Source of the DNA: an uncultured Gammaproteobacteria bacterium | GTDB taxonomy: Bacteria; Patescibacteriota; Patescibacteriia; Magasanikbacterales; UBA922 | Length of the DNA stretch: 64,000 bases | Direction of reading: 5' to 3' | NCBI GenBank assembly: GCA_964433095.1 | Contig: CAYSPW010000001.1 | Coordinates: 4,296-68,295 of the forward strand | Part shown: piece after piece, positions 55,167 through 64,000 of the stretch | How positions within the stretch are numbered: the first letter of the stretch is position 1 | Layout: every line of letters starts with the position of its first letter | The notes under the pieces: model-generated | The model's database searches: none | Told to the model about the DNA's origin: nothing | The model's input: only the letters and a program-made list of their open reading frames with translations | Made by a program: the position numbers and the translations under genes

Positions 55167-56924
55167 ATGGATAGAATTTGGAAACTACGCCCCGAACCCC
55201 CCAAAAAATTTTTTGAACAATTTCCCGAACTGCCTAAAACCGTGGCAGCACTTCTTTATCACAGAAATATTCGCACGCAAAAAAAAATAGATGAATTTCT
55301 AAATCCCGACTACACCCAAGACGTGCATGACCCATATCTGTTCAAAGACATGAAAAAGGCGGTCGCGAGAATTTTTCATGCCTTGGATCAAAAAGAAAAA
55401 ATAGTGGTGCATGGCGATTATGATGCCGACGGCGTGTCGGCAGCGGTGATATTGGTATCTGCTTTACATGCCCTGGGATGTAATGATGTCGAGGTTTTTT
55501 TACCGCACCGTGAAACGGACGGTTACGGATTGAATAAAAATACCATTCAAACCCTTTCGCGGACAAAAACGGACCTGATTATTACCTGTGACTGCGGAAT
55601 CAGCAACTATGAAGAAATAACATTGGCGCGGCAATTGGGAATGGATGTTATCGTCACCGACCACCATGATCTGCCCGAAACTTTACCGCCCGCTCTGGCT
55701 ATTATTCATCCCAAAAACAAAAAAGATGATTATCCGGATAAAAATCTGGCCGGCGGAGCGGTGGCCTTTAAATTGGTACAGGGTTTGCTAAAAAAATATA
55801 CCAAAAAAAATGACGAATTTCCCAATGGCGAAAGCGTGGAAGCGTTTGAGAAATGGCTGCTGGACATGGTGGCAATCGCTTCGGTGGCTGACATGGTACC
55901 CTTGATCGGAGAATCCCGTACCCTTACCAAATACGGATTGATAGTGCTGAACAAGACAAAAAGAACGGGGTTGCAAAAGCTGTTGCTGGAAGCGAGATTG
56001 ATGAACGAAGACGGCAGCAAGAAATACGAGCTTGACGCCGACAAAATCGGCTTTCAAATTGCGCCGCGCATTAACGCGGCCGGAAGAATTGATCATGCCA
56101 ACGTGGCCTATCGTCTCCTTATCACCGATAATCCGACGGAAGCGGTTGATCTCGCCTATCAACTGGATCAAAATAACCAAGAAAGGCAAAAAACCACCGA
56201 TGAATTACTGAAAAAAGCAATAAAACTGGCACAAGCTGAAGCTGATTCCCCGATCTTATTCATTCTTGGACAAGGTTGGCCTACCGGCTTGATCGGCTTG
56301 ATAGCCAGCCGATTGAAAGAAAAATTTTACAAGCCCAGCCTGGTAATGTCGCAAAATCAGAATGAAATAGTGGGATCGGGACGCTCGGTAGAGGGGTTTA
56401 ATATCATTAAGGCCATGCAAACCATGCCCGAATGCTTCAGTAAATTCGGCGGACACCCTATGGCCTGTGGATTCACTTTGGCGACCGAAATTAAAAAGTT
56501 CAAGCAACAATTACTTGAACAATACAACCTGCAAACCCGAGGCCATTCATTGCTGCCTATTTTGAATATTGACGCTGAGATTGATCTTGACCAAGTAAAT
56601 TGGGAACTCCATGATATATTGGACAAATTCAAGCCTTTTGGCAAAGATAATGAAAAACCTAGATATCTGGCCAAAAACCTTACCATAAATAACTTTGAAG
56701 CGGTGGGCAAAGAGGCCAAACATATGCGCGTTATGGTTACGCATAATTCCCCCAGAATCAGAAAAACCATCGGCTGGCGCCTGTGCGATGATAACAGTTC
56801 AGGTCCCAACTGGTGCAAGGAATTGAAAATCGGCGATAAAATTGATATGGTATTTGAAATTGATATCAATGAATGGAATGGCAATCGCGAGCTGCAATTA
56901 ACAATCATTGACATTAAAAAATAA
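55167..56924 (+). CDS. recJ: ssDNA exonuclease RecJ
   Basis: GDYDADG, GYGLN, T.DCG, TDHH, ADMVPL.GE.R, PRINAAGR, GSGRS, FGGH.MACG. Confidence 0.98.
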   Translation: MDRIWKLRPEPPKKFFEQFPELPKTVAALLYHRNIRTQKKIDEFLNPDYTQDVHDPYLFKDMKKAVARIFHALDQKEKIVVHGDYDADGVSAAVILVSALHALGCNDVEVFLPHRETDGYGLNKNTIQTLSRTKTDLIITCDCGISNYEEITLARQLGMDVIVTDHHDLPETLPPALAIIHPKNKKDDYPDKNLAGGAVAFKLVQGLLKKYTKKNDEFPNGESVEAFEKWLLDMVAIASVADMVPLIGESRTLTKYGLIVLNKTKRTGLQKLLLEARLMNEDGSKKYELDADKIGFQIAPRINAAGRIDHANVAYRLLITDNPTEAVDLAYQLDQNNQERQKTTDELLKKAIKLAQAEADSPILFILGQGWPTGLIGLIASRLKEKFYKPSLVMSQNQNEIVGSGRSVEGFNIIKAMQTMPECFSKFGGHPMACGFTLATEIKKFKQQLLEQYNLQTRGHSLLPILNIDAEIDLDQVNWELHDILDKFKPFGKDNEKPRYLAKNLTINNFEAVGKEAKHMRVMVTHNSPRIRKTIGWRLCDDNSSGPNWCKELKIGDKIDMVFEIDINEWNGNRELQLTIIDIKK

Positions 56925-56928
56925 AAAC

Positions 56929-57333
56929 ATGCAAAAAAAATTGACCATCTTCTCTGACGGCGGCGCCAGAGGCAACCCCGGGCCGGCGGCCATCGGCGTG
57001 ATAATTAAAGACGAAAACGATAAAATTGTGGCTCGTTTCGGCGAATATCTGGGTGAACAGACAAATAATTACGCTGAATACATGGCCTTGATAAGCGGAT
57101 TGGAAGCCGCCTTGGATATGCGGACACAAGAAGTGATTTGCTATGTGGATTCCAAATTGGTGGCCGAACAGCTTAATCAACGCTGGAAAGTGAAAGAACC
57201 GACTTTGCAAAAATTATTTGTCAAGGCATACAATTTAATGCAAAAATTTAAGTCGGTTAAAATTTTCCACACTTATAGAGAAAAAAATAAAGAAGCCGAT
57301 CAACTGGTTAATAAAGTGCTTGATCAGCACTAA
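56929..57333 (+). CDS. rnhA: Ribonuclease HI
   Basis: DGGARGNPG, TNNYAEY, DSKLV..Q, RE.N.EAD.L.N. Confidence 0.93.
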   Translation: MQKKLTIFSDGGARGNPGPAAIGVIIKDENDKIVARFGEYLGEQTNNYAEYMALISGLEAALDMRTQEVICYVDSKLVAEQLNQRWKVKEPTLQKLFVKAYNLMQKFKSVKIFHTYREKNKEADQLVNKVLDQH

Positions 57334-58430
57334 ATCTCATCCGCCAGTTCAGACATGATTTTTTTTGCTTTGCGGCTTAATTTTTTGGGTACATCCACGA
57401 TCACTTTCACATACTGGTCTCCCCGGCCGCTTCTGTTCAATCTGGGCACGCCCAAATTTTTTAATTTGAATTGTCGATGCGATTGAGTTCCGGCCGGAAT
57501 TACCAGCTTTTTTTTGCCGTCAAGAGTGTCAATCTTGATTTTGTCCCCCAATGAGGCTTGCGTAAAAGAAATATGCTCTTCGGTATAAATATCAAAACCT
57601 TCTCGCTTCATTATTTCCGCCGGATTTACACGCACACGAACATAAAGATCTCCGGGCTCGCCTTGAGAGCCTATACTCTCGCCTTTTCCCACCAATCTTA
57701 TAGCTTCGCCATCGTCAATTCCGGCCGGTATCTTCACATTATATACGGATTCACTCTTCACTCGGCCGTCGCCGCCGCAATGCCGGCAGTGGGTCTCGGG
57801 TATTTCCCCCTGGCCGGCGCATTCCGGGCAAACGGAAACAGACTGCATGGCACCCAAAATTGTCTGCTGCATTTGTCTTACTTGACCTTTGCCGCCGCAG
57901 ACAGAACAAGTTTTTACCTTTGAACCCGGTTCTACGCCTGATCCGGAACATACGTCGCAATTGTTATATTTCATTAATCTGACCTCTTTTTCCACGCCGA
58001 ATACCGCTTCCCTAAAATCAATCGTCACGTCAACTTGAATATCGTTGCCGCGCGGAACCCGACGTCTGCTGCGACCGCCGAAACCGAATATATCGCCGAA
58101 GATGTCGCCCAGGTCTATCCCCCCGAAATTAAAATTCATATTTTGAAATCCGCCGGCACCGCCTCGGGCAGCGCGCATGAAATCATCCCAGTTCATGCCG
58201 CCACCAAAACCGCCTTGCTGATCAAAGGTGGAACCGAACTGATCATACTGCCTGCGTTTTTCCTCGTTGCCGAGCACCTGGAAAGCTTCGTTCACTCGCT
58301 TAAACTTTTCCTCGTCTCCGCCGGGCTTGTCCGGATGATATTTGTGCGCCAGCTTGCGAAAAGCTCTCTTTATTTCATCGGCACTGGCGTCCTTATCCAT
58401 CTCTAAAATTTTGTAATAGTCTTTTGACAT
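57330..58430 (-). CDS. dnaJ: Chaperone DnaJ
   Basis: J-domain HPD, G/F region, four CxxCxGxG repeats. Confidence 0.98.
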   Translation of the reverse strand: MSKDYYKILEMDKDASADEIKRAFRKLAHKYHPDKPGGDEEKFKRVNEAFQVLGNEEKRRQYDQFGSTFDQQGGFGGGMNWDDFMRAARGGAGGFQNMNFNFGGIDLGDIFGDIFGFGGRSRRRVPRGNDIQVDVTIDFREAVFGVEKEVRLMKYNNCDVCSGSGVEPGSKVKTCSVCGGKGQVRQMQQTILGAMQSVSVCPECAGQGEIPETHCRHCGGDGRVKSESVYNVKIPAGIDDGEAIRLVGKGESIGSQGEPGDLYVRVRVNPAEIMKREGFDIYTEEHISFTQASLGDKIKIDTLDGKKKLVIPAGTQSHRQFKLKNLGVPRLNRSGRGDQYVKVIVDVPKKLSRKAKKIMSELADEI

Positions 58431-58455
58431 AAACCAAAAAAGTATAATGGCTATT

Positions 58456-58767
58456 TTACTTTTTACCCCGTTTAAGTTCTAAACCGGCCTCTGCTCGCTC
58501 CATTTTAATCTGTTCCATTATTTGATTGTGTCTGCGCTTGTGTTCCTCACTTATCGCCACTTGCCGGTTATACGGACTACCGTCATTGGGTTGCCATTGC
58601 CTCTCTCCCTTTTCTTTTATGCAATCTATCAGATCTTTTTTTAGTTCTTCATCGCTTAAATCCGGATTCAAAGCAAGATGGCAAAGCGGACAATAACCGT
58701 GCGATATTTTATCGCTGCTATTTTCTTGAAGGGCGATCCGTCCGCAATTGAGGCATACTATTTTCAT
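58456..58767 (-). CDS. Hypothetical small zinc-finger protein
   Basis: CLNC...SHGYCPLC. Confidence 0.7.
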   Translation of the reverse strand: MKIVCLNCGRIALQENSSDKISHGYCPLCHLALNPDLSDEELKKDLIDCIKEKGERQWQPNDGSPYNRQVAISEEHKRRHNQIMEQIKMERAEAGLELKRGKK

Positions 58768-58780
58768 ATTGCTTTTGATT

Positions 58781-58819
58781 AAAAAAGAAACCGGCCTCCG
58801 TTCAAAGGAGGCGGTTTTT
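58781..58819 (-). terminator. Terminator after dnaK
   Basis: AAACC-GCCTCC/GGAGGC-GGTTT stem with a minus-strand U-tract. Confidence 0.75.
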
Positions 58820-58825
58820 AATTAT

Positions 58826-60778
58826 TTATTCTTGCTTATCTTCATCTTTTTTGTCTTCTTCTTCCACCACTTCGCCCTCCACGGTTTCACCTTCTTTGTT
58901 CTGATCCGACGTTTCTTCATTCTGTCGCGGCGGTTGATTTTTTTGTTTGGATGCCTCCTGTTGATATAACTTCATGCCTACCGCCTGCGCCGCCCGCGAC
59001 AATTCCTCGGATGCTTTTTTTATCTGTTCAGTATCATCACCGTCTTTGAGCTGCTTAAGCTTGTCCAACGCTTGATTTACTTTGTTTTTTTCTTCATCGC
59101 TCACCGAAACTTTTTTTTCTGCCACCTCTTTAATCATTTTTTCGGTGGTGTATACCATTGTATCTGCCGTATTTTTAACGTCAATCGATTCTCTTTTCTT
59201 CTTATCGTCCTCCGCATGACTTTCCGCGTCTTTTTTCATTTTCTCAATCTCTTCTTCAGATAATCCGCTTGAAGCTTCAATTCTGATTGATTGTTCTTTG
59301 CCGGTGGCTTTATCTTTGGCCGACACATTTAAAATGCCGTTGGCGTCAATATCAAACTTCACTTCAATCTGCGGCACGCCGCGAGGAGCCGGAGGAATTC
59401 CGTCCAGCATGAATCTACCCAAAGTCTTGTTGTCCGTCGCCATTTGCCTTTCACCTTGCAGTACATGAATTTCCACGGTCGGCTGATTATCCGCGGCAGT
59501 GGAAAAAACTTGTGTCTTACTGGTCGGAATAGTGGTGTTCTTTTCTATCAGCTTAGTCATAACCGAACCCAAAGTTTCCAATCCCAAAGAAAGCGGGGTT
59601 ACGTCAAGCAGCAGAATGTCTTTTCCCAAGTCTCCCTGAAACTGTCCGGCCTGAATAGCAGCGCCGATCGCTACCACTTCATCCGGATTGACGCTCACAT
59701 TTGGTTTTTTGCCGAAAAATTCTTCCGCCTTTTTTTGTACCAAAGGCATTCTGGTCATTCCGCCGACCAAAATAACCTCATCAATATCTTCTTTTTTGAA
59801 ACCGGAATCGGCAATCGCTTTCTTGACCGGTTCCATGGTCTTGTCAACCAATTCTCCAACCAACTCTTCCAGTTTGGCGCGACTCAGCTTTAAATTCAAA
59901 TGTTTTGGTCCATCGGGGGTAGAAGTAATAAAAGGCTCGTTAATTTCGGACTCAGGCGTGCTTGAGAGCTCTATTTTGGCCTTCTCGGCCGTGTCTTTTA
60001 CTCTTTGGAGTGACAATGGGTCTGAAGCCAAATCAACGCCCTCGATCTTCTTAAATTCTTCAATTATCCAATCAATAATCTTTTTATCAAAATCATCTCC
60101 GCCCAGATGCGTATCGCCGTTAGTGGCTTTCACTTCCACGGTTGACTGGTCGCCATCATGAGAAATATCCAGCACCGAAACGTCGAATGTACCCCCGCCC
60201 AAATCATATACTACGATTTGTTGGTCGTCTTTTTTATCAAAGCCATAAGCGAAAGCCGCCGCCGTCGGTTCGTTGATGATTCTTTTCACTTTTAAACCGG
60301 CTATTTCTCCGGCTGCCTTGGTGGCCTGACGCTGTGAGTCGTCAAAATAAGCGGGCACCGTAATTACCGCCTCTTCTATTTTTTCCCCAATCTTTTCTTC
60401 GGCATCCGCTTTTAATTTCTGCAGTACCATGGCTGAGATCTCGGGCAAGGTATATTCTTTATCGCCCATCTTCACCTTGATCCGATCACCGTCGGCAATA
60501 ATCTCGTAAGGCACGTGTCTTTTCACGTCCCGCACTTCCGGATCGCTGAACCGACGTCCGATCAAACGCTTGATGGAATGCAAAGTATTGTTCGGGTTGG
60601 TGACAGCTTGACGCTTGGCCAACTGCCCGACAAGTCTTTCGCCGCTTTTGGATACGGCCACCACCGACGGAGTGGTTCTGTTGCCCTGCTTGTTCTCCAA
60701 TACTTTGGGCTGACCGCCCTCAATAACGGCCATGCATGAATTGGTGGTTCCCAAATCTATTCCCAGTATTTTCCCCAT
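58826..60778 (-). CDS. dnaK: Chaperone DnaK
   Basis: [41 protein letters not shown]. Confidence 0.99.
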   Translation of the reverse strand: MGKILGIDLGTTNSCMAVIEGGQPKVLENKQGNRTTPSVVAVSKSGERLVGQLAKRQAVTNPNNTLHSIKRLIGRRFSDPEVRDVKRHVPYEIIADGDRIKVKMGDKEYTLPEISAMVLQKLKADAEEKIGEKIEEAVITVPAYFDDSQRQATKAAGEIAGLKVKRIINEPTAAAFAYGFDKKDDQQIVVYDLGGGTFDVSVLDISHDGDQSTVEVKATNGDTHLGGDDFDKKIIDWIIEEFKKIEGVDLASDPLSLQRVKDTAEKAKIELSSTPESEINEPFITSTPDGPKHLNLKLSRAKLEELVGELVDKTMEPVKKAIADSGFKKEDIDEVILVGGMTRMPLVQKKAEEFFGKKPNVSVNPDEVVAIGAAIQAGQFQGDLGKDILLLDVTPLSLGLETLGSVMTKLIEKNTTIPTSKTQVFSTAADNQPTVEIHVLQGERQMATDNKTLGRFMLDGIPPAPRGVPQIEVKFDIDANGILNVSAKDKATGKEQSIRIEASSGLSEEEIEKMKKDAESHAEDDKKKRESIDVKNTADTMVYTTEKMIKEVAEKKVSVSDEEKNKVNQALDKLKQLKDGDDTEQIKKASEELSRAAQAVGMKLYQQEASKQKNQPPRQNEETSDQNKEGETVEGEVVEEEDKKDEDKQE

Positions 60779-60869
60779 AATTTTTATTTAATTAGTTTAA
60801 TTATTTTTTCACTGACCGGCCGGTCGATTGTACAGACCGACAAGCCGGATCTGAAAAAAAACAATATTT

Positions 60870-61310
60870 TTATTCACCGGATTTTTTAACAACTTTGACG
60901 TTCACTTTTCTCACCTTGCTAGGCTCGGCTTTGGGGCACTTAATTCTCAACACGCCGTCCTCGAACTCAGCCTTTACATCATCCTCGTTTACCGCCGCTG
61001 GCAACGCCACCTGCCTGTAAAAAGAGCCGCTTCTCATTTCTTTTCTGTAGTAATTTTTATCGTCTACTTCGTGCTCCTTTTTGGTTTGGCCCTGCACCGT
61101 GAGCACTCCTTTTTCCACGCTCACGTCAACATCTTCGGGCTTGACTCCGGCGAGCGGAGTTTCCACCACCACGTTATTCTTGTCCTCGTATACGTCCATG
61201 GCCGGCACAAAACCGCGTCCGGCCTTATTGAAGGCTGACGGCAAGCGATTAACCATCGCTTCCATCTCTTCAAAAGGGTCCCAATTTGGCGACCATCTGA
61301 TTAGTGACAT
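60870..61310 (-). CDS. Hsp20/alpha-crystallin small heat-shock protein
   Basis: P.MDVYE, E.R.GSF.R...LP, A.FEDGVL.I..PK; GGAGG SD. Confidence 0.95.
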   Translation of the reverse strand: MSLIRWSPNWDPFEEMEAMVNRLPSAFNKAGRGFVPAMDVYEDKNNVVVETPLAGVKPEDVDVSVEKGVLTVQGQTKKEHEVDDKNYYRKEMRSGSFYRQVALPAAVNEDDVKAEFEDGVLRIKCPKAEPSKVRKVNVKVVKKSGE

Positions 61311-61429
61311 AATTTTTCCTCCGCCGACAGCCCGTTGCTTGAACTGCTGCCGGTTAATAATTTTTATTACTTATTATTTTACAATTACCGATATTTAATT
61401 ATTTGCATTCAACAAATTGATTATCTTTT

Positions 61430-61918
61430 TTAGTCTTCAGAAGAATTTACCACCACTTTAGCCGGCTTGATTACTTTTTCATGATGCGTATATCCGGCTT
61501 CCAGTTCTTTTGTGATTATATCATCCTCATACTCGCTTTTCTTTTCTCTGCTCAAGGCTTCGTGCTTTTGCGGATCAAATTGCTTTCCCACCGTTTCAAT
61601 CTCTTTTATGCCATGGCTTTGCAAAACCGACCAAAACTGCTTCATAATGAACGCAACCCCCTGCTTCCAGGCATTGTCTTTGCCGCTCTCTGCCGAAAAA
61701 AAAGCTTTCTTGAAGTTATCATAGACCGGTAAAAATTCTTCCAATATCTGCCGTTCGCTGATTCTGGCGCATTCACTCTGCTTGGCTGCCGTTTGCTTTA
61801 ATAAATTCTGATAATCGGCTACCGCGCGCTGCCAGCCGCTACGGTATTCCTCCAGCTCTTTTAATATCTTTTCTTGTTTTGTCGCCATGCTCTTTTTGCC
61901 TTGCTTTTGTTTTTTCAT
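61430..61918 (-). CDS. grpE: Nucleotide exchange factor GrpE
   Basis: RA.ADYQN, LPV.DNF, FDP..HEA, GY.....VI.PAKV.V. Confidence 0.95.
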   Translation of the reverse strand: MKKQKQGKKSMATKQEKILKELEEYRSGWQRAVADYQNLLKQTAAKQSECARISERQILEEFLPVYDNFKKAFFSAESGKDNAWKQGVAFIMKQFWSVLQSHGIKEIETVGKQFDPQKHEALSREKKSEYEDDIITKELEAGYTHHEKVIKPAKVVVNSSED

Positions 61919-61924
61919 AATTAT

Positions 61925-62278
61925 TTATTCTTCCATTTTATTTACCAAGGTCATTATCTCGCCGTAGTGTTTCTTGATGATTTCTGGTTGCCTGAAATTA
62001 GACGCGAATTCGGCCAAAGCATCGCAGACCCTGATAATATCCTGCTTGCTCGGTTTAGAGAAATTTCCTCCGATTTCTTCAAATTTATGTTTGACGATCA
62101 TTTCGGCATTTAAATTCTTCAACTTTTGCAATTCCCGATTGTCTTTAATTTCCCCGTATTCTCGCAGCTTTTGAAATATCTCGTCGTGTGCGTGAGCAAA
62201 GCATTTAATTACGGCGTCTCTCACCTTTGCAGGCGTGATCTTCTTATTTGTATCAACGCCATATATGATTTGATCCAT
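61925..62278 (-). CDS. Hypothetical helical protein within the heat-shock operon
   Basis: 117-aa ORF tightly packed between hrcA and grpE. Confidence 0.75.
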   Translation of the reverse strand: MDQIIYGVDTNKKITPAKVRDAVIKCFAHAHDEIFQKLREYGEIKDNRELQKLKNLNAEMIVKHKFEEIGGNFSKPSKQDIIRVCDALAEFASNFRQPEIIKKHYGEIMTLVNKMEE

Positions 62279-62293
62279 ATGCCATTTTATATT

Positions 62294-63001
62294 TTATCCT
62301 TCGGCCTGTGATTTGGCCGAATTGGAATTAACATATTCAATAATTGATAAATTTTTTTTGTAGTCCATTCTGATCGGTCCGAGCAAGGCCAGTACGGTTC
62401 TTGCTTCCAGTTTGGACGCGATCAACGCGCAAGCCTTACCGAACGGATTGTCTTTTCCGATAAAAACGCATGGCCTAAACAAACGCAACTCTCCGATCAC
62501 CGCCTGGGCTTTGTGTTCAAATTGATCGAAAATGGCGGAAAAATTAACCACGCGGTTGTAATCTTTGAATTCCGGCTGATTGAAAAGCGCGCTAAAACCC
62601 GTGTAGTAAACAAAGTTATTCTCCAGCACTATGGCCGCGTTGTCGCATTGCTCTGAAACGTATTTTGCCAAACGCTTAAAAAATTCCCGCCCTTCTTGCC
62701 CGCTGTTTTCCTTCAACATGATCCGGTCTATCTTGCCGGCCACTGATTTTTGCGGTGAACCGACAGTTATCAAATGATCCACATAATAGCGGTAGCCGGT
62801 TTCAGTGGGCATTCTGCCGGCTGAGGTGTGCGGATGAGTAAGCCAGCCGACCGATTCCATTTCGCGCATGTCGTTTCTTAAGGTAGCGCCACTCACCCCG
62901 AGACCGCCTTTTTCGGCCAACAACTTAGAGCCAACCGGTTCAGCAGTCTCAATATATTTCTCCACTATTAATTTAAGAAGTTTTTCTTGGCGCTTCCACA
63001 T
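62294..63001 (-). CDS. hrcA: Heat-inducible transcription repressor HrcA (short form)
   Basis: YI.TAEPVGSK, S.AT.RNDM, PHTSAGR.PT..GYR.YVD, QPEF, GP.RMDY. Start at ATG 63001. Confidence 0.95.
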   Translation of the reverse strand: MWKRQEKLLKLIVEKYIETAEPVGSKLLAEKGGLGVSGATLRNDMREMESVGWLTHPHTSAGRMPTETGYRYYVDHLITVGSPQKSVAGKIDRIMLKENSGQEGREFFKRLAKYVSEQCDNAAIVLENNFVYYTGFSALFNQPEFKDYNRVVNFSAIFDQFEHKAQAVIGELRLFRPCVFIGKDNPFGKACALIASKLEARTVLALLGPIRMDYKKNLSIIEYVNSNSAKSQAEG

Positions 63002-63003
63002 AA

Positions 63004-63030
63004 TTAGCACTCTTATACTCTGAGTGATAA
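63004..63030. promoter_or_regulatory. CIRCE operator (HrcA site)
   Basis: TTAGCACTC-N9-GAGTGaTAA, one mismatch from consensus. Confidence 0.93.
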
Positions 63031-63057
63031 TATACCATCCACTAAGATCCTTGTCAA
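63029..63057 (-). promoter_or_regulatory. sigma70 promoter of the hrcA operon
   Basis: Minus strand TTGACA-17 bp-TATATT with extended TG; the -10 overlaps the CIRCE. Confidence 0.8.
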
Positions 63058-63060
63058 CAC

Positions 63061-63069
63061 TTATCCACA
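63061..63069 (+). promoter_or_regulatory. Perfect DnaA box upstream of the hrcA -35
   Basis: TTATCCACA. Confidence 0.45.
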
Positions 63070-63131
63070 ACCAATGCCTGCGCCGCTATTTTAAAAAGGA
63101 GTAAACCGCTTTATTCAAGCCTTTTTTTAGA

Positions 63132-63725
63132 TTATTTCTCGGCCGCCCGCTTGTATTCTTGAATAGCGCCGATTTCGGACAATAGCACGTTTTCCACGTA
63201 TATGCCGCGCGAATAAAAAATTCTCTCCAATTCGTTCTTTAGTTCGGTTTCCACGGTGTCGCGCAAAGGCCCGATAATTTCCGCCTGATCAAACCGGCTC
63301 ATTACCATTCTGATTCTGCTTCTTACTGTCGGCCGAATAATCTTGGCTACAAAATCTTCGCCGATAGTCTGCCAAATTGACGGAATCTGATGCACGTCCA
63401 ATCGAAGCAGAATCGTACCCTCCACGCCGATTCTCTTGCCGTCTTGTGTAACGGCGGCAATCGGTATGTCGCCCATCGCTTTTTCATTTTCCAAAGTGAA
63501 ATTTCGTGAAATGCTGTATTCCAGAGTTTGCGTGTTAAAAAGTTTGGCTTTTTGCCAAAAAGGTATTTTAAAATGCAACCCCGGTGTTAATACTTTTTTC
63601 AACACTCCCCGACCTAAATCATATACACAGGCCACATATCCGGGGGGCACATAGATAAAAAATCCTTTCAATACATCCTCCATTACGAATGAATACATTA
63701 ATTTATCCAACGATTCTGAACTCAT
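63132..63725 (-). CDS. SPFH/prohibitin (band 7) domain protein
   Basis: VPPG, L.PGLHFKIPF, T.DG..I, IIRP.VRS.IR, GI.VE.VLL..I. Confidence 0.88.
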   Translation of the reverse strand: MSSESLDKLMYSFVMEDVLKGFFIYVPPGYVACVYDLGRGVLKKVLTPGLHFKIPFWQKAKLFNTQTLEYSISRNFTLENEKAMGDIPIAAVTQDGKRIGVEGTILLRLDVHQIPSIWQTIGEDFVAKIIRPTVRSRIRMVMSRFDQAEIIGPLRDTVETELKNELERIFYSRGIYVENVLLSEIGAIQEYKRAAEK

Positions 63726-63742
63726 ATATCTTTGTTAGTTTG

Positions 63743-64000
63743 TTAATTATTTTTTTGTGCTTTTGCCATGGATTTTTTTTCAGCCCTGGAAAATATCACT
63801 TTGCTTAAGTTAGAAATAATAGCGGAAAAAAACAATGAAGTCAAGATGAACAAAGCTTTAACCAAAGGCAGCCACCACAATATCACAAACACGGCCAAAG
63901 GGAAAAGTATAAAATATGCCAAGTCAGCCTTGGTCAGGCCGTATTTGCGCTTGCGGTAATTTAAATAAATTTCCGCAAACAACCATAATGACACTATACC
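63743..64000 (-). CDS. 3' part of a membrane protein (frame open to window end)
   Basis: Hydrophobic ORF; the frame continues GGT ATA GTG upstream to base 64000. Confidence 0.6.
   Translation of the reverse strand, partial: GIVSLWLFAEIYLNYRKRKYGLTKADLAYFILFPLAVFVILWWLPLVKALFILTSLFFSAIISNLSKVIFSRAEKKSMAKAQKNN

Noticed and set aside
1-64000. CRISPR arrays, tRNA/rRNA genes, transposases, integrases, prophage genes
   Set aside because: None were recognised on reading; a highly diverged element could have been missed without tools.

Overview
A gene-dense, AT-rich bacterial chromosome segment in genetic code 11. The gene content and compact protein variants suggest a Patescibacteria/CPR (Parcubacteria-like) genome; this taxonomy is inferred. 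In order, it holds: a cobalamin-riboswitch-controlled three-gene B12 capture module; housekeeping genes (pyrG, rplI, era, ctpA, murA); a rhamnose/glycosyltransferase surface-glycan cluster with a plant-type epimerase-reductase and two paralogous large membrane proteins; dnaB-ybaB-recR and rplU; a membrane-anchored Clp ATPase; mraZ-rsmH-ftsL; and uvrC/uvrA/uvrB. After these come a beta-CASP RNase, corA, murJ, lepA, recJ, rnhA and a CIRCE-controlled hrcA-grpE-hsp20-dnaK-dnaJ locus. The most striking feature is the 1.3 kb gap between uvrB and the beta-CASP RNase gene (46773-48105). It encodes no credible protein. It contains a promoter-to-U-tract, roughly 960-nt, densely folded plus-strand RNA with UUCG/CUCG/GAAA tetraloops and a 13-bp helix joining its 5' region to its 3' end. 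A separately promoted, roughly 170-nt rod-like (6S-like) RNA follows it. I could not assign the large RNA to a known family by eye. I saw no rRNA, tRNA, CRISPR array or mobile element.
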